The position numbers and the translations under genes were made by a program. Below the pieces are notes generated by a model. That model saw only the letters and a program-made list of their open reading frames with translations. It did no database searches and was not told the origin of the DNA. This document shows, piece after piece, positions 32,639-37,024 of a stretch of DNA of 37,024 bases. The stretch's first letter is position 1. Each line of letters starts with the position of its first letter. The stretch comes from a virus. Lineage: Duplodnaviria; Caudoviricetes. Location of the stretch: positions 1-37,024 of IMG/VR virus record IMGVR_UViG_3300042814_000089; one strand, given 5' to 3'.

Positions 32639-33795
32639 CCGAGATCGAGCAGTTCATCCGCGAGGCCGCGTCAGCGAGAGGGATCAATCCGGACATCGCC
32701 ATTCGGGTCTGCAACACCGAGGGCGGCGTAACGGAGCCGGCCAGGCTCGGGGACTTCTCGGGGCCGCCATGGTACAGCGGCAAGTCCTGGTGGGCGCTCC
32801 AACTCCACTACGGCGGCATCGGCACGCCCTGGGCGGGCTTTGGCCACACGGCTGGGATGGGGAACGGCTTTACGACCCTGACGGGCTGGGCGGCTGGCGA
32901 TCCAGCGGCCTGGCGCGACGCGGCCAGGTACGGCCTGAATCGAGCCCGCACGGGCGGCTGGGGCGCGTGGTACGGCGCGGCGAGCGTGGGCATCACCGAA
33001 TTCATGGGCATCGACCGCCAGGTCGCCTGGGACGCCAATGCCGAGGTCTGGGACTACGAGACGGGCCAGTCGCCCGCGCTGCCGAAGGTCGTCTACTCGC
33101 CGAGCGAGCCGCCGCACCCGCAGGACAGCGATTTTGACTGTTCACAGGACTCGACCGAGTGGGCGCTCTGGAGCGTTGGGCGCCGGCCGAAGGATCAGTG
33201 GCTGACCCAGACCATGATCGCCGAGGGCGTGCTCAGTTATCAGCTCGGGCTCATGGACGCGAGCGGCGCGGGACTGGCCGCGTTCATCACCAGGCACTAC
33301 GGCGAGGACGGCTTCGAGGCGTCAAACCAGGACCCGGTCTCGTTCGACGAGCTGGCCGAGGACTGCGGGCGCTACCCGATGCTGATCGGCGGGAGACGCT
33401 GGGGCAGCGGCGGCCACTGGTCGGGGCTGCGGGCCTACGATGTCGCAGGGGACCTGCTGTTACTGGCGAATCCAGCCGCCGGCTACGTCGGGGTCAATCA
33501 GAGCATGACCCGCGAGCAGTTCTCCAGGCTGGGCCCGTTCAGCTGCGTCCACGTCACGCACGACGACCTCACGGAGCCGATCGCGGACCCGACGCCTGTC
33601 CCGCCGCCGGTCCCGGTGTATCCGCCGCCCGAGGAGCTGCTGGCGCAGATCGCGGCCCAGCAGCGGTATATCCAGGAATTGGAGACCCGCCTGGGCGTGG
33701 CGAGCGTCGACTACGCCCGAGACCTCGACGGCCTGGCCGCTGGCGTGGCGAACGTCGCTAGCGCACTGCGGGCGTTGCACCCACGCCCCTCCTGA
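32635..33795 (+). CDS. Putative endolysin: lysozyme/transglycosylase-like plus C39-like peptidase domains and C-terminal coiled coil
   Basis: IREAASARGINPDIAIRV...EGG...LQLHYGG...WGAWYGA; QDSDFDCS...GHWSGLRAYD...LANPA; last gene of the late operon. Confidence 0.75.
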   Translation: MTEIEQFIREAASARGINPDIAIRVCNTEGGVTEPARLGDFSGPPWYSGKSWWALQLHYGGIGTPWAGFGHTAGMGNGFTTLTGWAAGDPAAWRDAARYGLNRARTGGWGAWYGAASVGITEFMGIDRQVAWDANAEVWDYETGQSPALPKVVYSPSEPPHPQDSDFDCSQDSTEWALWSVGRRPKDQWLTQTMIAEGVLSYQLGLMDASGAGLAAFITRHYGEDGFEASNQDPVSFDELAEDCGRYPMLIGGRRWGSGGHWSGLRAYDVAGDLLLLANPAAGYVGVNQSMTREQFSRLGPFSCVHVTHDDLTEPIADPTPVPPPVPVYPPPEELLAQIAAQQRYIQELETRLGVASVDYARDLDGLAAGVANVASALRALHPRPS

Positions 33796-33827
33796 GTGCT
33801 TCAGGAAATCCCAGATATGACGGGCAC

Positions 33828-34016
33828 TCAGTGCTTGCACGCACAGTGGACCCGAAGGCAGCGGCGGCACTCCTGACACCACGTCATACCCCACGGATCG
33901 GACCACCACTCGCAGGCGCAAGACGCCTGGTCGTCGCCACGACAGCACGCACAGGGCTTGCCTCGGTAGTTCGCCTCGATGGCGTCTCGAACGGGATTGA
34001 TGGGGTCGCTCGCCAT
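33828..34016 (-). CDS. Cys-rich small protein (62 aa, 10 Cys)
   Basis: RBS GGAGG; MASDPINP...CACC...CAC...CQECRRC...CAC. Confidence 0.65.
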   Translation of the reverse strand: MASDPINPVRDAIEANYRGKPCACCRGDDQASCACEWWSDPWGMTWCQECRRCLRVHCACKH

Positions 34017-34044
34017 CGCACCTCCATGCCGGACAGATGGGGGA

Positions 34045-34362
34045 TTAGGGCTGGCTCTCCTCTGGTCGTTCCTCGGTGAGGGTATCGAGAATGATCTCAG
34101 TCTCATCATGCAGGCGCTTCGCCTCGTCGTCGGGCAGGGCACGGCTGACTACCTCGCGGATCAGCGAACAGCGGAAGCCAATCGGGGCGAAACTGGTCAT
34201 CCTCTGGATCGCCGCTGCGAAGCCATAGGCCTGCCGTAACGCCTCCTTCAGCCGCTCGACCGACGCATCCCGCTGCGTGATGATCGACCTGTCGATCTGT
34301 ATGAAGTGGTCACGATCGGTCACTTGCTGCTGGAGCGACGCACAACGCTCACACTCGGTCAT
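34045..34362 (-). CDS. Hypothetical coiled-coil protein
   Basis: RBS GGAGG; N-terminal CxxC then a heptad pattern. Confidence 0.7.
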   Translation of the reverse strand: MTECERCASLQQQVTDRDHFIQIDRSIITQRDASVERLKEALRQAYGFAAAIQRMTSFAPIGFRCSLIREVVSRALPDDEAKRLHDETEIILDTLTEERPEESQP

Positions 34363-34403
34363 CGTTCCTCCATGCTTCAGCTACTGCGGTTTGGTGAGCC
34401 GCT

Positions 34404-34676
34404 CTAGATGATCGGCTCGTAGATGATCGGCTCGTAGTCGAAGTAGTCGGGGGCGTTGACCTTTTCGTCTCCCTGCTCCTGAAGCGCCGTAATCTGCGCC
34501 TCAGTGAGCGGGTCACACTCAGGATCGTGACTGGTGGCGTTGGCGAACAGGTCCACGTAGGTGGCGTAGGTGGCGTGGAAGATCCCGACCGTGGGATCTG
34601 GACCATCCTCGTTCTGGATGCCCATCGGCACCTCGCCAGAGCAGCCGTTCGGACAGGGCAGGTACGTGTGCTGCAT
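34404..34676 (-). CDS. Hypothetical acidic protein
   Basis: MQHTYLPCPNGC...DPTVGIF; ends with duplicated YEPII. Confidence 0.7.
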   Translation of the reverse strand: MQHTYLPCPNGCSGEVPMGIQNEDGPDPTVGIFHATYATYVDLFANATSHDPECDPLTEAQITALQEQGDEKVNAPDYFDYEPIIYEPII

Positions 34677-34680
34677 CGTC

Positions 34681-34929
34681 TCAGTCCCTTCTCGACAAGC
34701 CCTCGATGGTGTCAATCGCCTCGCGAGCGTCGTTCCCCTGCGGATTCTCCACCGCGATGGCGTGGATGCGGGCTAGGATCGTTGTGAGCCGCTCAACGTC
34801 AGCCTCCAACTCGGTGACCCTGTCCTCGGCCAGGACCATGCGTATCAACGCATTGCGCTGTGACCAGACCGCCATCGAACCGCCCGCAGCCCGGAGCATC
34901 TCGTTGGCCCGCTCTTCGGCTACCTGCAC
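34681..34929 (-). CDS. Hypothetical coiled-coil protein
   Basis: RBS GGAGGAG before GTG 34929. Confidence 0.7.
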   Translation of the reverse strand: MQVAEERANEMLRAAGGSMAVWSQRNALIRMVLAEDRVTELEADVERLTTILARIHAIAVENPQGNDAREAIDTIEGLSRRD

Positions 34930-34987
34930 GACTCCTCCTTCATGGCGAACAGATTGCGGTTTACGTCTGGCTCTCACTGGTCGTTGG

Positions 34988-35209
34988 TTACGAGTCCAGC
35001 GCCTCGCGCATCATCCCCCGGCTCTCCTCTGAGTGCGACTCACCAGAGAGCACCATCGAGTTGAGCAGAGCGACGACGGAGCGAAACCGATCGTTCTGTA
35101 GCCACAACCGCTCGTTCTCATCCAGCAGTTCGGTGATGACATTGTGGCCGTCACCGAAGTTGCGCTTGATCTGGGCCATCCGCTCGGATGTCATTGCCAT
35201 AATCGTCAT
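34988..35209 (-). CDS. Hypothetical protein
   Basis: RBS AGGAGA before ATG 35209; ITELLDENERL motif reminiscent of phage Ead/Ea22-like early proteins. Confidence 0.7.
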   Translation of the reverse strand: MTIMAMTSERMAQIKRNFGDGHNVITELLDENERLWLQNDRFRSVVALLNSMVLSGESHSEESRGMMREALDS

Positions 35210-35243
35210 CTCTCCTGAGTGCCCGAAATAAGCACGACTAGCT

Positions 35244-35384
35244 TCAGCTCGGCTCGGTGCAGCACGGGCACCGATAGGCGTACTCGACGCCGCCCTCGTC
35301 CAGTTGAACCACCGTCCAGCCCGGCGGGAGCTCACCCGTGGTCACTGCCTCGGCACCGCAGTCGCAGAGGTACGTGTAGGTCAT
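35244..35384 (-). CDS. Small zinc-ribbon-like protein (46 aa), below the ORF-track cutoff
   Basis: GGGGGAG RBS; MTYTYLCDCGAEAVTTGELPPGWTVVQLDEGGVEYAYRCPCCTEPS. Confidence 0.7.
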   Translation of the reverse strand: MTYTYLCDCGAEAVTTGELPPGWTVVQLDEGGVEYAYRCPCCTEPS

Positions 35385-35409
35385 CGTCTCCCCCCGGAGG
35401 CGCGGACAC

Positions 35410-35826
35410 CTAAAAGGCGTCCGTCAGCTCGTACGTGGTCTCCTCGTCGCGAGTGATCCACTTTTCCCAGCTGGCGGCGATTGCTAAGACGTCGCCGCTT
35501 TTGAGCGACGGCCTGGCTGCTCCGAATTCAGCCGCGGCCTTCAGGATAGCGAGGCGTGTGATGGTGCGGTCCTTCGTCGACGGTCCTGCCGGCGCATCAG
35601 AGCCGCCGCGCACGGGGGCTACGCCGTCGGACGGGGCCACGGCGCGCAGGAAGCCTGCCTTGTCGAGCGTGCAGGTCACGGTCTCGCCGCGCTCCGGAAG
35701 CACGACGCCGACGGCAAACTTCGAGACGTTCATCCAGGTATCCCAGCCTTCGAGCTTCAGGCCCTTGTCGTTCACGCTGCGGACGATGCCCGTGACCAGC
35801 TGGTCGGCGCTGCCGTTGATCGCCAT
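35410..35826 (-). CDS. Putative ssDNA-binding (OB-fold) protein
   Basis: Beta-rich N-domain, flexible linker, helical ITRLAILKAAAE...WEKWI domain, acidic tail ending ELTDAF. Confidence 0.55.
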   Translation of the reverse strand: MAINGSADQLVTGIVRSVNDKGLKLEGWDTWMNVSKFAVGVVLPERGETVTCTLDKAGFLRAVAPSDGVAPVRGGSDAPAGPSTKDRTITRLAILKAAAEFGAARPSLKSGDVLAIAASWEKWITRDEETTYELTDAF

Positions 35827-35975
35827 CACGCAGCCACCTTCATGGGCTGCGCTGCGGCGAAGCGCGCGGCCCGCTCGGCCAGCTCCGAGCAGGTGCCGCA
35901 GCAGAGGCCGCTTCGGCGGGCGCGGCAGACGGCCTGATGGATGTGGAGCTGTTCGACTATGCTGGTGGTGCTCAT
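35826..35975 (-). CDS. Small His/Cys protein (49 aa), first gene of the leftward operon
   Basis: RBS GGAGGT; H.HQAVC...CCGTC; stop overlaps the next ATG. Confidence 0.7.
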   Translation of the reverse strand: MSTTSIVEQLHIHQAVCRARRSGLCCGTCSELAERAARFAAAQPMKVAA

Positions 35976-36046
35976 GAGACGATACCTCCGTCTTGTGGGC
36001 TGGCCCGCTCGGTGGTGACACACTGGGCGGGTCGCTTCATGCCCAG

Positions 36047-36068
36047 ATTGTACCATATCTGCTATAGT
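36047..36068. promoter_or_regulatory. Back-to-back divergent extended -10 promoters
   Basis: TGGTACAAT on - strand (36047-36055) and TGCTATAGT on + strand (36060-36068) in an AT-rich patch. Confidence 0.75.
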
Positions 36069-36090
36069 TTCATCCAAGTGAGGAGCCGCA

Positions 36091-36450
36091 ATGATCTTGA
36101 ACCGACTGAAAGAGATTCGCCTGGGGCGGGCGCTCAGCATGCGCGACCTGACCCTGCGATCCGGTGTGACCGCGACGACGCTCGTTCGCGCCGAGAAGGG
36201 GCTCGACGTCTACCCGACGACCGTCCGCAAGCTGGCGAAGGCGCTCGGCGTCTCGCCGGCCGAGCTGCGCGGCGATCCTACGGTTTCTGCCGAAACCGTG
36301 CAGCCAGCGCCCGTCCCGATCGACGAGCGTCGTGCCGTGCTGGTCGCCAACATGCTCGACCAGGCCGAGCGAGCCCGAGCGCGTGGGGACGACGAGGGCG
36401 CGGCGACGTTCGAGCGCATGGCGGCCGAGGCGGCCGTCGCCGAGGCGTAG
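36091..36450 (+). CDS. XRE-family HTH repressor
   Basis: RBS GAGGAG; LKEIRLGRALSMRDLTLRSGVTATTLVRAEKG...TVRKLAKALGVSPAEL. Confidence 0.9.
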   Translation: MILNRLKEIRLGRALSMRDLTLRSGVTATTLVRAEKGLDVYPTTVRKLAKALGVSPAELRGDPTVSAETVQPAPVPIDERRAVLVANMLDQAERARARGDDEGAATFERMAAEAAVAEA

Positions 36451-36452
36451 CG

Positions 36453-36532
36453 TAGAATAGCGCCACGAGAATGCCCCCGCGCAGCCTGGACGCTGCCGAG
36501 GGCGTGGCCGAATCTGGATAGGAGATCCGACA
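36453..36532 (+). promoter_or_regulatory. -10 box TAGAAT followed by a structured 5' leader
   Basis: TAGAAT 36453-58; stems ATGCCC/GGGCGT, GCAGC/GCTGC and CGAATCT/AGATCCG enclosing the RBS TAGGAG. Confidence 0.55.
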
Positions 36533-36754
36533 GTGAGCAGTCTACCCGAGCAGCCGATGCCGCCGACCGCGCCCGTGAGACAGCGCCGCCGCCCGCTAGT
36601 CTCCGACTATCTCACAGACGCCGAGATGGACCGACTGGCGGCGACTCTCTACAGCCTTCTGGTCGGGCGCGTGGACAAACTGCGCAAGCAGGGCCTGAGC
36701 GACGACGAGATCACGTCCCTCTTCGCGGCGGAAGCCGCCGAGGCCGAGTCGTGA
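36533..36754 (+). CDS. Hypothetical protein ending AEAES
   Basis: RBS AGGAG, GTG start. Confidence 0.75.
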   Translation: MSSLPEQPMPPTAPVRQRRRPLVSDYLTDAEMDRLAATLYSLLVGRVDKLRKQGLSDDEITSLFAAEAAEAES

Positions 36755-36918
36755 GCGCGCAGCGCCCCGAGTTGAGCCAGGAGGCCCGGATGGCGATGTG
36801 GCGCGACCTCTGGCGCTATCTGCTGAAGCTGCCCGACGGCGACGTGCCCATGCGCGATACCGTAGCCGATCTGGCGCAGCCACGGGCCGAGCAGGACGCC
36901 GAGGCCGAGTCGTGAGCG
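36736..36918 (+). repeat. Perfect 22-bp direct repeat CGCCGAGGCCGAGTCGTGAGCG at two gene junctions
   Basis: Copies at 36736-36757 and 36897-36918. Confidence 0.95.
36751..36915 (+). CDS. Hypothetical protein (54 aa) ending AEAES, below the ORF-track cutoff
   Basis: MSAQRPELSQEARMAMWRDLWRYLLKLPDG...AEAES; GTGA-coupled on both sides. Confidence 0.7.
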   Translation: MSAQRPELSQEARMAMWRDLWRYLLKLPDGDVPMRDTVADLAQPRAEQDAEAES

Positions 36919-37024
36919 GGCGCAGAGGCAATCTCGGCGCGCTCGACGACCTGACGACGATGCACTACTACACGCGCGTCTCCGGCGATAAGCAGGCCGA
37001 TGAGGGGCTCTCGCTGGCGCAGCA
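36912..37024 (+). CDS. Large serine recombinase/integrase, N-terminus (3' truncated)
   Basis: MSGRRGNLGALDDLTTMHYYTRVSGDKQADEGLSLAQ: catalytic Y.RVS...Q...G.SL motif. Confidence 0.85.
   Translation, partial: MSGRRGNLGALDDLTTMHYYTRVSGDKQADEGLSLAQ

Larger units (their letters stand above)
1..37024. mobile_element. Temperate phage/prophage region, probably podovirus-like, truncated at both window ends
   Basis: Terminase, portal, scaffold, capsid, tail fibre, endolysin, XRE repressor and serine integrase genes; dense overlapping start/stop codons; no host housekeeping genes seen. Confidence 0.95.

Noticed and set aside
33790-33806. TCCTGA/TCAGGA inverted repeat at the endolysin stop as terminator or att site
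   Set aside because: Stem of only 6-7 bp, no convincing U-tract, and no second copy to support an att assignment.
1-37024. tRNA/rRNA genes and host assignment
   Set aside because: No cloverleaf or rRNA-like segment noticed in the few intergenic gaps; the host cannot be assigned from sequence alone beyond a high-GC bacterium.

Overview
The whole window is a high-GC (about 70% by eye) temperate tailed-phage or prophage region, most likely podovirus-like: no tape-measure or major tail tube gene is seen, but there are large internal/ejection-type virion genes. The + strand carries, in order: the 3' end of a replication protein; small early genes (DEDDh exonuclease, 3D-domain protein, PAPS-reductase-like PP-loop protein, VRR-NUC, XRE HTH); terminase small and large subunits; portal; a block of putative internal virion proteins including a 1636-aa multidomain protein; a Com-like zinc ribbon; scaffold; major capsid; cement; adaptor/nozzle; tail fibres; and an endolysin. 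A convergent minus-strand early operon, a divergent XRE repressor switch and the 5' end of a large serine integrase follow. The most notable signals are: (1) four consecutive unrelated early genes ending in the same DNA repeat, which encodes a shared ALIAELEQALE tail plus the next gene's RBS and start, with a second junction repeat at the integrase; (2) a TnsA-like PD-(D/E)xK nuclease domain and a nested +1-frame gene with its own RBS inside the giant virion protein; (3) a Com-like zinc finger gene followed by a hairpin that buries the scaffold RBS; (4) an antisense membrane-protein moron in the structural operon. All product calls come from motif recognition and synteny only; no searches were run.
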